IMG/VR virus record: IMGVR_UViG_3300031992_000007
Location: 64,001-128,000 of that record
Strand: one strand, 5' to 3'
DNA length: 64,000 nucleotides
Source of the DNA: a virus
Taxonomy: Duplodnaviria > Caudoviricetes
Positions 50,055-61,525 of this stretch are shown piece by piece. The position numbers and the translations under genes were made by a program. Below the pieces are notes generated by a model that saw nothing but the letters and a program-made list of their open reading frames with translations, was not told the origin of the DNA and searched no databases. How positions within the stretch are numbered: the stretch's first letter is position 1; each line of letters opens with the position of its first letter.

Positions 50055-51026
50055 TTAGTCATTTTCGTACTTGGCTATCTTGGCGTTCAGCCTGTCGATA
50101 AGAGCCTGGTAGTTCTTGATGATGGTTGCGTACTTCTTGTACTCAGGGCTGTCCTGCGCAACACCATTGAGCTCGAGCTGGAGAAGCTGAGCACGGGCAT
50201 CGAGCTGGTCGCGTTCAGCAATCAGTTTCCTACGCTTGGCATCCGCAAGGCTGACGAACCAGTCACCGATGATACGGAAGATAGCGAGACCCTTGGCGCC
50301 AGCCTTGATATCACCATCCGTAACTTCATTGTTGATCTTGGCGAACTGGACAGTCGACTTGCTGTCCGTATTGACAACACCGATGTCGGCGCCAGAAGCA
50401 TGATACTTCTTGATAGCCTGGACGAAGGACTTGTCAAGCTGACCACCAAGCGTACGGTTGATCGTATCCGTAACTTCTGTCACATGAGCCTTGAGAGAAT
50501 CAAGCGTGTACTTGGCAGGCTTGAACAGCGTCTCGCTACGATCACTCATGAAGAGAGCGATGTAGTCCGTCACGAACTGAGCGAACACTCGGGCACTCTG
50601 TAGCATGCCATAGACAGCCACATGAGAGATCTTGGTGTTGTAGATCGTGATATTCTTGTCAGCGAAGAGCTGATCGATATTGTCGATCGTCTGATTGAGT
50701 ACCAGATAGAGCCCACTGAGAGTGTCCTGGAAAGCGCCAAGGAACTTCGACTCCATGGACTTCTTGGCAGCAGACATCAGCTGACCGTTGATCTGGTTGT
50801 AGATCTTGATCGACTCAAGGTTACTCCTGGCATTCTGATCCAAGTAGGCCTTGAGCTTGGGTCCAACCTCACCTTGGTTGATGATGCTGAGGAAGGAGTT
50901 GACATTGGACAGATAAGCTGTCGTATCGTCGATAACCGTGATGAGTTGATCCTTGGTCATCGTCTTGCCAGCAGCATCTTTGACTGTCTCGGTTACAGCC
51001 TTGTCGAGCTGATCGATGGATTTCAT
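50055..51026 (-). CDS. phiKZ-like virion structural protein
   Basis: 323 aa, strong codon bias, C-terminal coiled coil. Confidence 0.6.
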   Translation of the reverse strand: MKSIDQLDKAVTETVKDAAGKTMTKDQLITVIDDTTAYLSNVNSFLSIINQGEVGPKLKAYLDQNARSNLESIKIYNQINGQLMSAAKKSMESKFLGAFQDTLSGLYLVLNQTIDNIDQLFADKNITIYNTKISHVAVYGMLQSARVFAQFVTDYIALFMSDRSETLFKPAKYTLDSLKAHVTEVTDTINRTLGGQLDKSFVQAIKKYHASGADIGVVNTDSKSTVQFAKINNEVTDGDIKAGAKGLAIFRIIGDWFVSLADAKRRKLIAERDQLDARAQLLQLELNGVAQDSPEYKKYATIIKNYQALIDRLNAKIAKYEND

Positions 51027-51050
51027 TGTTAAGTTACCTTTCTAAGGATA

Positions 51051-52127
51051 TTAGAATTTCGGGGCTGAACCAGCAGCGATAAGAGTCATGACCTGCTTGA
51101 GGTCAACTCCATCATCCTTCTTAGTGGCAGCCTCAACCATCTTGGCGTTGTACTGCCCGTAGTTCTGGATGCCGTTCATGAAGAGGTCGATAGTCTCGTA
51201 GCTGGGATCATAAACCACAATCATGAGAGTCATAAGTTCACTCATGAGCTTCTGCCTCTGTTGGAAGTTCTCCAGCTTGATGCCATTATCACGGCAGATG
51301 CGATCCATACGCTGCTTTGAGATAAGGATCATCGAGTTAGCAGCATTGTGATTCGTAACGACAGTGTTCGGCTTTATCCAGTTCCAAAGCTTCTTGAAGA
51401 AACCCTGGTCACGAGTATCTTCGACTTCACGAAGGATGCCGTCCTTGTCAAGCTTGAGAGCTTTCTTCCTCTTGGCGATACGATCAGCCTCGAAGACGAA
51501 GTCTCTCCAGAACTTGATCTCGCCAGCCTTCCACTGTGCCCAACGAAGAGCCTTGGACGGTTCAATGTGGTTACCGATGAACTGATCGAGAACAAGACCC
51601 GGGAGGATCTTGGGAAGCATCTGAATGAAGAAGTAGAGCTTGGCCGTATTCTGACCAGAACCGAGGTTGGCTTCAAGAAGACGTCCCGTGAAAAGTTTGG
51701 AAGCATCTGTCTCGATCTTCACGTCCTTGATACCGAAGTTGTCCTTCTGGTCATTCGATTTCTGCTTGTCCTCGTTAGCCTCGGTTGAAGGTTCGGCGTC
51801 ACCGAAATCCTTGACCATGTCCATGACAGACTTGTAGACGTCTTCAGTTGCAACAGCACCGAGCATCTGACGAACAGTGCGTCCACCAGAGATGACATTG
51901 TTCAGACCAAGTGCGCAGAACACCATGCCAGCGTAGATCTGGTTGCACAGTTTGAGAATGTTCAAAACAGTCGGTTCGCCCGAGATGATATCCTCGATGT
52001 AAACACGGCTCGTGATAAGAGTTTGTTTGGTGTACTCTGACAGAGAAGAGATACCACGGTCTTTAGCTTCCTCAACAACTTCCATGAGGTTCGACACGGT
52101 ATCGATGGTTTCTTTAATAGCAGCCAT
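51051..52127 (-). CDS. phiKZ-like virion structural protein
   Basis: SLSEYTK...SRVYIE and WKAGEIKFWRDFVF motifs; ATE/STE putative processing sites. Confidence 0.65.
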   Translation of the reverse strand: MAAIKETIDTVSNLMEVVEEAKDRGISSLSEYTKQTLITSRVYIEDIISGEPTVLNILKLCNQIYAGMVFCALGLNNVISGGRTVRQMLGAVATEDVYKSVMDMVKDFGDAEPSTEANEDKQKSNDQKDNFGIKDVKIETDASKLFTGRLLEANLGSGQNTAKLYFFIQMLPKILPGLVLDQFIGNHIEPSKALRWAQWKAGEIKFWRDFVFEADRIAKRKKALKLDKDGILREVEDTRDQGFFKKLWNWIKPNTVVTNHNAANSMILISKQRMDRICRDNGIKLENFQQRQKLMSELMTLMIVVYDPSYETIDLFMNGIQNYGQYNAKMVEAATKKDDGVDLKQVMTLIAAGSAPKF

Positions 52128-52220
52128 TTTAATGCCTTTCTTGTGTCTATGGAAAACCCATTTTTGACCATAGTATAGTTTTTTGTTTTCCTCAGAAAAA
52201 CCAAGGGTAGAGGAGGAAAA

Positions 52221-53768
52221 ATGGCCAATACGACAGTCATGCATGGGGGTGTGAAATATCGCATCCCGATTGCAAGTTCCAACCCTCAGCGGGTGCGTCA
52301 AATTTACAACAATTTAGCGAAGAAAGAACGTGCTGAAGTCTGGGATGGTCGACCCCTTGATGCGGAGGATAGACGACGCATTATGTCGGAAGCCAGAGCC
52401 CAGGAAATGAATGAGCGTGAGAATGCTGCAAGAAATGCATTTATAGCTGCCCATCCGCTTCCTAGGGATATCTCAGATCCTCAAGCAGAAAACAAAGCTC
52501 CCAATGGTCCTGGCAAAGGTGATGTCGGATTGTCTCAAAGACGAGTAACTCCAGTGCAGTCACTTGGAGGAATCGTACCTGATGAGAAGCACTATCTGGA
52601 CGATGCTAATGCCAAGGTCATGACGGATGCAGAACGAGATGCTCTTGTTCCTGCTTTGGCTGAGAAGTTCCGTAGGGATATCGCAGCTAACAAGAAGCCA
52701 GGTGGATTTGTTCACAAACCCATCGTTCCTTCTAACGATGGAGAGTTCGGTGATAAGCTGGTGGACATGGCTTTTCAGGCTGCTGGTTTAGGACGTCAAC
52801 ATTCGCAGATATCCAACTTCTTCAGAGAACATGATAGGTTTGAGCAGTCTTTCGTTCCTCCATCGGATGACTACGTTGGGTTCACCTTCTTCACAAGACC
52901 CCGGTTGAACCTTTCCGATGTCAACCTTGCTGGTGACAGAGTCTTTGCCCCAATGATGACAACGAGAACCAATGATGCGGCTTTTGCTATCAGGTGCTTG
53001 TTGGATACAGAGTTCTGTGACCAGCACTTCGCAACAGTTGCCGGATGCCCTCTCGTCAATGTCATGAACCCGTTCAATACTCTCTGGGGAAATGCCTGTA
53101 AGAGTATCACTGGTTTCCAGGATCCTCAGGTTTCTGTTGAAACCTCCAATCCAGGCTACTTTGGTGAAGAGCAGACAACTGCTATCGGTGGTGACGAGAA
53201 CAACAAAACCATCGACATCACTTGCACTTTCAGAGATACTGCTGGAACTCCAGTAGCTATGTCCTTCGAATGGTTTAGGCGTTATCTTACTAACCTCTAT
53301 CTAGGGAACTTCGTCCAGTATGCCAAAGATATCGACGCTAACAGGTTAGGCTACACGATGTCCATCTACAGGTTCATCGTAGACCGTACCTGGAAGACGA
53401 TAACCAAGGCTGCTAAACTCACTGGATGTTTCCCTGCCCACTCTCCGATAGGAGTTCCGTTCAACAAGAACGAAGGTGATAGAAGGATAACAGCCCTGGA
53501 CAACTTCAGTATCACTTTTAAGTGTAACCATGTGGATTTGGTTGACAACATTGTTCTCCACGAGTTCAACATGCTTGTCCGTAAGTTCAACCACTTGAAT
53601 AAATTCAAACAAGTTCAAGCCTATGGATATGAAGCCTCTGATAACCATGCTGGTATTCCTTACATCCGCGTAGGTCCAAGAGGTCCAGAGTTGATCTTCG
53701 CCAAGTTCGATAGCGATGCTGTTATCAACAGCGGTAGCGGGTTTGTCTCTGGAACTGGGTTAATTTAA
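52221..53768 (+). CDS. phiKZ-like virion structural (tail/baseplate) protein
   Basis: FTFFTRPRLNLS, IRCLLD and IYRFIVD motifs. Confidence 0.65.
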   Translation: MANTTVMHGGVKYRIPIASSNPQRVRQIYNNLAKKERAEVWDGRPLDAEDRRRIMSEARAQEMNERENAARNAFIAAHPLPRDISDPQAENKAPNGPGKGDVGLSQRRVTPVQSLGGIVPDEKHYLDDANAKVMTDAERDALVPALAEKFRRDIAANKKPGGFVHKPIVPSNDGEFGDKLVDMAFQAAGLGRQHSQISNFFREHDRFEQSFVPPSDDYVGFTFFTRPRLNLSDVNLAGDRVFAPMMTTRTNDAAFAIRCLLDTEFCDQHFATVAGCPLVNVMNPFNTLWGNACKSITGFQDPQVSVETSNPGYFGEEQTTAIGGDENNKTIDITCTFRDTAGTPVAMSFEWFRRYLTNLYLGNFVQYAKDIDANRLGYTMSIYRFIVDRTWKTITKAAKLTGCFPAHSPIGVPFNKNEGDRRITALDNFSITFKCNHVDLVDNIVLHEFNMLVRKFNHLNKFKQVQAYGYEASDNHAGIPYIRVGPRGPELIFAKFDSDAVINSGSGFVSGTGLI

Positions 53769-53834
53769 CCTTCAATAGAGCGAAGGTGTTTCGGCACCTT
53801 CGCTTCTATAACCTCTTTATTAAAGGAGTGAGTC

Positions 53835-56800
53835 ATGAACAATACAGATTGGACAATGGACGGAATGAACGATCCGTTGCTCCTACAAGAGAAACTGCTC
53901 AACAGGTTCGAACAAGAAACTGGGACTGCGATCGTCGATCCCAACAACACACCTTCTCTACTCATGGAGGCTTTTGCTGACACGACGTCTGGGTTGATAA
54001 GGAAGATCGAGGATACTGTACGCCCTGCTATCTACCCGGCACGAGCCAAGGAAGCAGTAGAGCTGTACAAGCATCTCAGCGACTACGATTACGTCAATGT
54101 CTTTGCAACACCTGCTCAGACAACTCTTCTGATGACCTTGGACAAAGCGTACGTGATGGCTAATGCCATGTCGTTCACTGACAAGGACGGGGTTCTCTAC
54201 TACAAGCTCATCATACCCAAGACAACCATCTTCACTATCGGCGACCACAAGTTCGGTCTCTACTACCCGATAGAGATAAGGTGTAATGTCACGACCAACC
54301 GACTATACATCGTCTACGATACTTCGGAAGTCAACCCGATGCACTCTCTTGCCTCCAATGTCCTTGAGTACGACATCCGTGAGGTTGAGGGTCATGACAT
54401 CATCTACTTGAAGATACCAGTCTATCAGTTCCAGGTCGATGTCTACGATGACAACGTCGTTATTGGCTCTGGCTACAAGAGGGTTATCAGTTACAATGAT
54501 CGCTTCTATGCCATCCGCGCAAGGGCTTCTGTTCTCCAGAACCCCGGACACGACGAGAATGTTGATGATGAATGGGCGATGGAGGAAATCAAACTCTGCG
54601 CGTCTGGCATGAACTACGACACCGACCAGGTGACGATGGTGTTCACACCAGATCCGGATGCTTTGACTGTCACTCTCGAGATTCCCTACATCTACTTCTC
54701 CAAGGGTCTTATCAACGGAGATGTCGAGGTTGAGATCTACACCACAGAAGGTGAGATCAACTACACCCTTCCTACCATCGAGGAACAGGAAGAGCTCGAA
54801 CTCTGCACGGTTGATATGTTCAACCGCCTTGTTACGGATGATGGCATTACTCCTTATGTCGATCCTTTCCGCAAGATGCCTGCTCTGTCTATCGTTCCTT
54901 TGAACGCGGCGGTAGTTGGTGGGTCTAACGGGATGGACCTCGATACTCTAAGGAGACATGTTGTCAACGGAACTCTCAAGAGCAAGACTCTTCAGACCCC
55001 TGCCGACATCAACGCCTATTTCGAAACCCAGGGTTACAAATCGACTATCCTCAGGGATGGTGTAACTGACCGTATATTCTTGGTTCACTCTTCGGTTCAG
55101 AATGTCTCCAACGAGATCATCTCGGCTGGTACTCTGAACACGATCTTCGACTTCAGGGATAACAACCTGAAGAACTACTCGACGATTACCAAGAGTGATA
55201 ATGGTCATATCTTCACGGTCCTTCCATCTACTGTCTACAGGTTCGATTATGACAAGAACGTTGTTGTGCCTTTGACGGACAATGAGAGAACTGAGCTGGA
55301 TGAGCTTGCTATGGCTGACCAAGTTGCTGAATACAACAAGAGCATCTACACGGTCAACCCATTCCACTTGCAGGTAGATACTTCTTCTCGCTACCCGACC
55401 TCTATCACGTACGACATGCGTGACATCGAGATCAAGTCTAGGCAGTTCATCGGGGACAGGGACTCCCAGGAGTACCAGCTTATCCTCAACTCTATCTCGG
55501 TTGCTATCGAGAAGAGTGAGAAGAACCCTCTGACTGACAAGTACGTCTTTACATTCAGAGTCAGCCACTCTGGTCTGGATGATGTTCCTCCAGTTGTTGT
55601 TCAGGAAGATGGATCTGTTGTCAAGAACTTCAGAGTTATTTGCGGTCTGAAGAACATTGATGGAGCTTATGTGTTCAATGAAGCTGAGTTCGTCAAGGAG
55701 GAAGATGGTTTCTACTACTTCAAGCTCAGCATCTATTCGGACTACAGGTTCCACCAGGACAACAACGAACACTCCGTCGAGTTCACGATGTTCGGTAATA
55801 ACGACGAAGTGACCAATATCTTCTACCTTACTTCGGAGATGCGTGTCATGCTCACCATCAATGGTGACATAGGCAACGTCAAGGATCCTGATGGTGATGG
55901 TATTGTTACAGCTTCTCGTGGTATCATCACGGATTACACCAATGCTCCGCTCATCGACAATGTTGATGACTACTATGCTCTTACGGAGTACAGACTTGCT
56001 TGCAAGTTCGGTTCGGTAGTGGATGAGCTGGACCAGAGGGTCAACCTGACTTACAGTCAGATGGAATACCTCAGGTACGGCTACACCAAGTTCAAACAAC
56101 TTGCTCAGCCTCTGTACAAGACGGACTACAAGGGCGACCTTGAACTCGAATCGTACGTGGATGAAGAAGGAGTTACTCAGTGGCGTCCAGTCAAGCTGTT
56201 CCCTGCTGGTATACTCGAGTGCCTCACGGAAACTCTTGAGGAAACTATAACTTTCAATAAGTTCACTATCAAGAACTACGTTGGATGTGAGGTAACAAAG
56301 GGTCCGTCTGAAACCAGTGGAACTATAGTCCCCGAGTACGACTCGGCACATCCTGACATCCAGCAGAACTGGTGGAACAAGACATTCACTGTGCTCAAAG
56401 CCCCGATAGTTCCTAGGTTCAAGGTAATTGATGCCAGCGATGTTGAGGGAACCTCGACCATTGCAACTGGTGTGTACGAATTACTGAATGCCAAGGAAGC
56501 TGCAAGAGCTACAGCTTACTTCACCGACAAGTGGGTCAAGACGGTCCCTGCTGTTACAGTAGGTCAGCAGACCAACTGGGTGAACAACTTCGAAGTGGTT
56601 GACATACTTCAGTTCATTCGTGACTCCTACTCGATCGTGGAACATTCTCAGATGAGCAAGTATACTCCAAAGGTAGGCGAGTTCATTCTTGAGACCAATA
56701 TCGCAGCTGGTGAGTTCGATGACCTTGAGAAGGGTGAACTTCTTGGGCAGATTCGGTCCAATGTGAATTGGGCTCGTATCTTGTACTGCTGCAACAAGAA

Positions 56801-57908
56801 CCTCGAACCTGCGGTTCTTGCTTCGGTACAGAACGATGTCGCTCTTGGAGAGATCATTACTGCTGGTGGGTGGAAATCCATTCCGGGCTTCGATGACGAC
56901 GGAAATCCTCTTCCGCCTGTCTACCACTACTGTGGATTCGTCTACAGAGCTCACATGCTTGAAGACAGTGCCATTACTGGAACGACGATCAATCAGGAGT
57001 TCGTCCACTTCTTCAAGACAACTACACTTGAAGATGGTGGAGTTGTACCTGCTCTTACGTACACGACTGTTGAGAAACAGTACGAGACGGATGCAGAGAA
57101 TCTCAGTTATGCCAAGGAGAAGGCGTGGTACAGCAACTGCGAGAAATATCCTTGGGACTGCGAGACCTGGTATCTGATCGATGACAGCTCTACACCGATC
57201 ACCATCAAGATCGACCAGAAGTTCGACATTCAGCTTGATGAATCCCGCATGTACAAGTACCTTGTACACAGTGGACGTCAGTATGACTTGGACGAGAAGG
57301 GCAATCTTCAGGAGGATCCGAATGCAGACTCTCGTCACATTGAATACATGATCGCCATGCTTCAGCTGGATGCCAAGCACACCAAGGTAACTGGGCAGAG
57401 TAACTTCCTCTCCACTATCTCTGGTGTACTCAGGACGCACTTCGATAACCTCGGTAACGCTCGTAACGAGATGTTCACCAACACAAGGTTGTTCTTCGAG
57501 GCATTCAAGTCCATCGGTTACGGAGTATTCCGTGTTGGACCAGATGTCAATGAACAGCTTCAGTTGGACATCGAGGTGTCTCTCAGATTGCATGTTGCTT
57601 CTGACACAGCTGCTGATGCAACTCTTCGTGAGTCCATCAAGAACCAGATAGTCTACATCATCGATACGAAGCTTCAGCAGGGTTACCTCAACCTTAATGA
57701 AGTTGCCAATCAGGTGATGTCTGACTTGGCCGGCACGATCATCCTGGTCGATGTGCTTGGGATCAATGGACGTCCTGATATTCAGACTCTCAAGTCTTTG
57801 GATAGCAGTGTTCGTCCTCACCTCAAGCATTCTCTTGTTCTCATGGACGATGGAACTACGACAGTTGTCACACGTGGACTCAACCTTGAGTTCGTCGTTG
57901 ATGATTAA
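53835..57908 (+). CDS. large baseplate wedge-like virion protein
   Basis: DPNNTPSLLMEA, YPARA, LYKHLSDYDY...FATP, GGSNG and DGVTDRIF motifs; 1357 aa; terminator at about 57920-57948. Confidence 0.7.
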   Translation: MNNTDWTMDGMNDPLLLQEKLLNRFEQETGTAIVDPNNTPSLLMEAFADTTSGLIRKIEDTVRPAIYPARAKEAVELYKHLSDYDYVNVFATPAQTTLLMTLDKAYVMANAMSFTDKDGVLYYKLIIPKTTIFTIGDHKFGLYYPIEIRCNVTTNRLYIVYDTSEVNPMHSLASNVLEYDIREVEGHDIIYLKIPVYQFQVDVYDDNVVIGSGYKRVISYNDRFYAIRARASVLQNPGHDENVDDEWAMEEIKLCASGMNYDTDQVTMVFTPDPDALTVTLEIPYIYFSKGLINGDVEVEIYTTEGEINYTLPTIEEQEELELCTVDMFNRLVTDDGITPYVDPFRKMPALSIVPLNAAVVGGSNGMDLDTLRRHVVNGTLKSKTLQTPADINAYFETQGYKSTILRDGVTDRIFLVHSSVQNVSNEIISAGTLNTIFDFRDNNLKNYSTITKSDNGHIFTVLPSTVYRFDYDKNVVVPLTDNERTELDELAMADQVAEYNKSIYTVNPFHLQVDTSSRYPTSITYDMRDIEIKSRQFIGDRDSQEYQLILNSISVAIEKSEKNPLTDKYVFTFRVSHSGLDDVPPVVVQEDGSVVKNFRVICGLKNIDGAYVFNEAEFVKEEDGFYYFKLSIYSDYRFHQDNNEHSVEFTMFGNNDEVTNIFYLTSEMRVMLTINGDIGNVKDPDGDGIVTASRGIITDYTNAPLIDNVDDYYALTEYRLACKFGSVVDELDQRVNLTYSQMEYLRYGYTKFKQLAQPLYKTDYKGDLELESYVDEEGVTQWRPVKLFPAGILECLTETLEETITFNKFTIKNYVGCEVTKGPSETSGTIVPEYDSAHPDIQQNWWNKTFTVLKAPIVPRFKVIDASDVEGTSTIATGVYELLNAKEAARATAYFTDKWVKTVPAVTVGQQTNWVNNFEVVDILQFIRDSYSIVEHSQMSKYTPKVGEFILETNIAAGEFDDLEKGELLGQIRSNVNWARILYCCNKNLEPAVLASVQNDVALGEIITAGGWKSIPGFDDDGNPLPPVYHYCGFVYRAHMLEDSAITGTTINQEFVHFFKTTTLEDGGVVPALTYTTVEKQYETDAENLSYAKEKAWYSNCEKYPWDCETWYLIDDSSTPITIKIDQKFDIQLDESRMYKYLVHSGRQYDLDEKGNLQEDPNADSRHIEYMIAMLQLDAKHTKVTGQSNFLSTISGVLRTHFDNLGNARNEMFTNTRLFFEAFKSIGYGVFRVGPDVNEQLQLDIEVSLRLHVASDTAADATLRESIKNQIVYIIDTKLQQGYLNLNEVANQVMSDLAGTIILVDVLGINGRPDIQTLKSLDSSVRPHLKHSLVLMDDGTTTVVTRGLNLEFVVDD

Positions 57909-57959
57909 AATAACCTTAGCCTACCCCGACCGTAAGGCCGGGGTAGGTGATGGGTTCTT

Positions 57960-58760
57960 TTAGTTAAAGAACGCAGTACTGTTGAGTTGTTTGCAGAGTT
58001 CAGTAAGGAACTTGATAGACCAAGCTTCAGGGCTAGCAGCATCGTTGAGAATATCCCTGTCAACTTGCAGCTTATCTATCTGGTTCTCAGAAGCATGGTT
58101 CATGAAATGATCCTGACCTTCTCTCTTGATACGGAGAACAATACCTCCTTCAGACTTGATCATATCCCTTTCGTTAGGGAAACGAACATCCGTAATCAAG
58201 AGTATTCCAGGATAATCTGATTCCTTACGGAAATCCAAGATCTTCTTCCTACAGAGCTCTACCCAGATATCATCCCTCCAGACATTGCGGAACATTTCAG
58301 TACCGCACATCTGCAGGAACTGACGAGGAGATATTCCCCAGAAAGGATCAATCTCGTTCTTCAACTTGGGATCGTAGCACTGTTCGAATGTGAATCCAAC
58401 TGCCATTGCAATCTGCTTGAGCGGCTGAGCAAAAGCAATCTTGGAACAACGAAGAGATTTCAGCAGTCCAGTCGTTGTCTTGCAGGGGGTACTTTCCGCA
58501 TAGCCATTGGGTGTTCTTACTGACCAGTCATGGTAAACATTCCCCAGATCCTGAAGTAGTTCAACTCCAGTATCCTTGCCAGATCCAGCATAGCCAGTAA
58601 TACCGACTATTAGAACCTTATTGGGCTTGCTATTGCAAGCATCTGTGATAGTTCGAGCTACGCGTTCGAAATACCAACTGGTACTGGGTTGTGCCCAAGT
58701 GTACAGATCAGATCTGTTCAAATGGGTATTGAGCTCACTTATCAGTTTTGATGTATTCAT
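57960..58760 (-). CDS. deoxynucleoside monophosphate kinase
   Basis: GYAGSGKDT, FAQPLK, PRQFLQ..GTE, ITDVRFPNE, HASE. Confidence 0.9.
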   Translation of the reverse strand: MNTSKLISELNTHLNRSDLYTWAQPSTSWYFERVARTITDACNSKPNKVLIVGITGYAGSGKDTGVELLQDLGNVYHDWSVRTPNGYAESTPCKTTTGLLKSLRCSKIAFAQPLKQIAMAVGFTFEQCYDPKLKNEIDPFWGISPRQFLQMCGTEMFRNVWRDDIWVELCRKKILDFRKESDYPGILLITDVRFPNERDMIKSEGGIVLRIKREGQDHFMNHASENQIDKLQVDRDILNDAASPEAWSIKFLTELCKQLNSTAFFN

Positions 58761-59224
58761 TTTCTGTCTCCTAACAGTTGAACGAACCTGTCTAACTCGG
58801 ATGGAAAGATCTCGATGTAGTGGATACCCGCAGCAAGACTGTCAACGTCAATCGTAGTCTCACAACGCAGTCTCCTGGTAGCAAGAGAAAGTTTAAAGCT
58901 TGCAGAATGACACTTGAAAGGAATGTGTACCTTTAAAGTGACGCGTGCTTTGGATCTACCACCAAGATACCTTGCTCTTTTGATCGAACTAATATCCTTG
59001 GGTTCGGATATAGCCGTCTCATGAATACCTGGCTTGTATGTTGGGTGACAACAAACAAAGTCTGCTTGTGTCATAACCAAGATATCCTTGTCAGGAAGAA
59101 CACTACAGTTAGTGAGTCGCTTGACTTGTACCCTCCACATATTGGAGGCTATGATGTCATGGTCGAACCACCTAAGCAGGGCTACGAAAGGTCTCTTTAT
59201 TTTCCAAAACAAGTCGTAGAACAT
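58757..59224 (-). CDS. hypothetical protein
   Basis: 155 aa, RBS AGGAGG, coupled to the kinase gene. Confidence 0.65.
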   Translation of the reverse strand: MFYDLFWKIKRPFVALLRWFDHDIIASNMWRVQVKRLTNCSVLPDKDILVMTQADFVCCHPTYKPGIHETAISEPKDISSIKRARYLGGRSKARVTLKVHIPFKCHSASFKLSLATRRLRCETTIDVDSLAAGIHYIEIFPSELDRFVQLLGDRK

Positions 59225-59235
59225 AGTTCCACCTC

Positions 59236-59433
59236 CTACACAACTCTTGAAGGTATGCTGTGGTTAATAGGTGAAGGCTTGCCGCAAGGCATGATGTCGA
59301 CTTCTCCATCATGAGAGCATTTAATAGAGTGCTTGCAAGTGAGACATGTGTCCTTCCCAACAGCGTGAAAATCCTGTGGGAGACTGTCGTCTCTCTCATA
59401 ACGTGAACAGGTCGAAGACGAATACATTTCCAT
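59236..59433 (-). CDS. small Cys-rich protein
   Basis: 65 aa, CSRY...CLTCKH..C...C, RBS AAGGAG. Confidence 0.55.
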   Translation of the reverse strand: MEMYSSSTCSRYERDDSLPQDFHAVGKDTCLTCKHSIKCSHDGEVDIMPCGKPSPINHSIPSRVV

Positions 59434-59583
59434 TGCTTAACTCCTTTGATTGGTTAACTTTGCAATATATGTCAAACTAGGTTAATTAACTAAACCCTTG
59501 TCTGAACCATGCTATGGAATTCCGTTTCGGTTAGCTACCGAAAACATCCGTTAACGTTAACTCATAAATGAGGAATTAGGCCA

Positions 59584-59763
59584 ATGGCTGCGATAAACAA
59601 ACGACAAGTCCTCGCAACACTGACTGCATACGCGATTGTGCGGTCTGTTGTTGATGAGGTCAAGCCGAACACAGGTGGTCCTGAACTCGAACAGAAGAAG
59701 GATCGAGTGGTGTTCGATAAACTTATGAAAGCAATGAATGCAAAGGAGGCTGCAAATGGCTAA
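59584..59763 (+). CDS. small hypothetical protein (59 aa, absent from the ORF track)
   Basis: MAAINKRQVL...AANG*, RBS GAGGA, overlaps the next start. Confidence 0.55.
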   Translation: MAAINKRQVLATLTAYAIVRSVVDEVKPNTGGPELEQKKDRVVFDKLMKAMNAKEAANG

Positions 59764-61444
59764 CCTGCAAGGCTTTCGTGCGATGCTGACAGAATACGTC
59801 AATACTGGACGTGGTCTCCCTTGCATTGCGCTCAAACAGGACAACGAATTCGGTCAAGCGTTCTCCCGCATAGTTACTGTGGACAACCGCAGGACTGGTG
59901 AGAGTGACTCCATGGTGACCGGCAGATATGTGGATGAGATTTGTGCAGCTCTTGCTGACGAATCCAATGCCGAGACTATCAAGGTGTTCGACTCTCTCTG
60001 CGACGCATTCGCTGCTAAAGTCACAGCTGCGTGGAAGAGCATCGGTGGAGTAAGAGAGTCTGCCAGGGAAATGGCTCACGAGATCAACACTCTCGCTGAT
60101 GCCCTTGCCAAGGCAGATGGTTACATCGAGACTCACGCTGCTTATGGTCAGCTCAGTGAAGACTTCCCGTCATTCACCTGGGGTGGTCTTAGTGTCATGG
60201 GCGCTATCAACGAAGTGATCAAGTCTGTCCATACTCTCGCTGCTCCTGGTTCTGATGGAATTTCAGATCAGGTTGACAAGCGTGCCTTCGATATCGTCGT
60301 TGCGAACATTGACAAGTTCGTCACGATCAAGAAGGTTCCTGGTGTAAAGGAAGAGGATCGCACTGCTCTCGTTGATGCGACCAAGAAGGTTGTTCCTGAT
60401 ACCCCTGTCGCTACAGTGGTTGACATTGTGGATCTCGTTCTCGGCATCAAACCGTTCATCGAGATCTTCAAGAGCCTTAAGAATGTCACTTCCAGTATCG
60501 GCAAGGACTTCTTCAAGGATCTCCGTAGGTTCGACAGCTTCATCAACGATGTCTATCCTGTTGTGGATGGAATGGTCAACAACAGCATCGCTCTTCCTGA
60601 AGCTATCAAGGCCGAAGTGGCAGCCAACGCTATGTCGATGGTGACCTTCTGCAAGATAGCTGCCTACTACGAACACATGCTCCGTACGACTATCTTCCGC
60701 GAAGCTTTCCTCCTCCAGGACGGAATGCTCAATGAGGATAACCGCAAGGCATTCGAGGAAGCTGGCGGCAAGCCCGAGATGATCTCCACCTACATCCGCA
60801 AGATGTATAATGACAAGCGTGAAGAGATTCCTGCTCTTGGTGTCAAGAGCGAGAGCATCATCAAGGCTTATGGCAACATCTCTGAGCAGGTCAAGGAGGA
60901 CATCAAGGAAGTTGAACGCAAGGTTGCTTTGGCTCGTACCAAGGCTAACGTGTCGGCTTTCGTACGTGTTGCCCGCGAGTATCTTGCCAAGCATGCAACG
61001 CCCGAGTTCGCTAGCACTGGCACCTACATCGATGCCAAGATGCGTGACTATGGCATGTGCATAGCGGATACCATCCGTCATTACAACATCAACATGGTCG
61101 ATGCGTGCATGTCGCTCATCGTCAAGACTGAGTATCCTGGCACGTTCGTGGAAACCCTCCATGACAAGCTCGGTGTTGCTTACCTTGCGATGGTCAACGA
61201 CGGCAACGGAGAGGTCAACGAGGAAGATATCTGCTGCGCAGAGGTTGGTGTCATAACTGACGTCGTCTGTGAATTCGTGATGGATCGCTTCTTCGAAGTT
61301 GTTGTTTGTCAGGAGAGGGTTGTTCCTTCGGCTCTTCAGAACCAGAAGATCGAGGAGACTACTCCTGAACAGACCGATCACATTCAGACTCCTGAGGAGA
61401 AGGTAAAGGATAATCCTGCCGCCACTCCTGCCACGGAGTCCTAA
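59756..61444 (+). CDS. probable virion structural protein
   Basis: Start MANLQG with RBS AAGGAGG, strong codon bias; terminator at about 61480-61507. Confidence 0.65.
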   Translation: MANLQGFRAMLTEYVNTGRGLPCIALKQDNEFGQAFSRIVTVDNRRTGESDSMVTGRYVDEICAALADESNAETIKVFDSLCDAFAAKVTAAWKSIGGVRESAREMAHEINTLADALAKADGYIETHAAYGQLSEDFPSFTWGGLSVMGAINEVIKSVHTLAAPGSDGISDQVDKRAFDIVVANIDKFVTIKKVPGVKEEDRTALVDATKKVVPDTPVATVVDIVDLVLGIKPFIEIFKSLKNVTSSIGKDFFKDLRRFDSFINDVYPVVDGMVNNSIALPEAIKAEVAANAMSMVTFCKIAAYYEHMLRTTIFREAFLLQDGMLNEDNRKAFEEAGGKPEMISTYIRKMYNDKREEIPALGVKSESIIKAYGNISEQVKEDIKEVERKVALARTKANVSAFVRVAREYLAKHATPEFASTGTYIDAKMRDYGMCIADTIRHYNINMVDACMSLIVKTEYPGTFVETLHDKLGVAYLAMVNDGNGEVNEEDICCAEVGVITDVVCEFVMDRFFEVVVCQERVVPSALQNQKIEETTPEQTDHIQTPEEKVKDNPAATPATES

Positions 61445-61525
61445 TCTTTAACACCTGTTAGGGATATAAACAAGCAAGCCCCTACCCCGGGAGTACCGGG
61501 GTAGGGAACCTACTTTTCTTTTTGT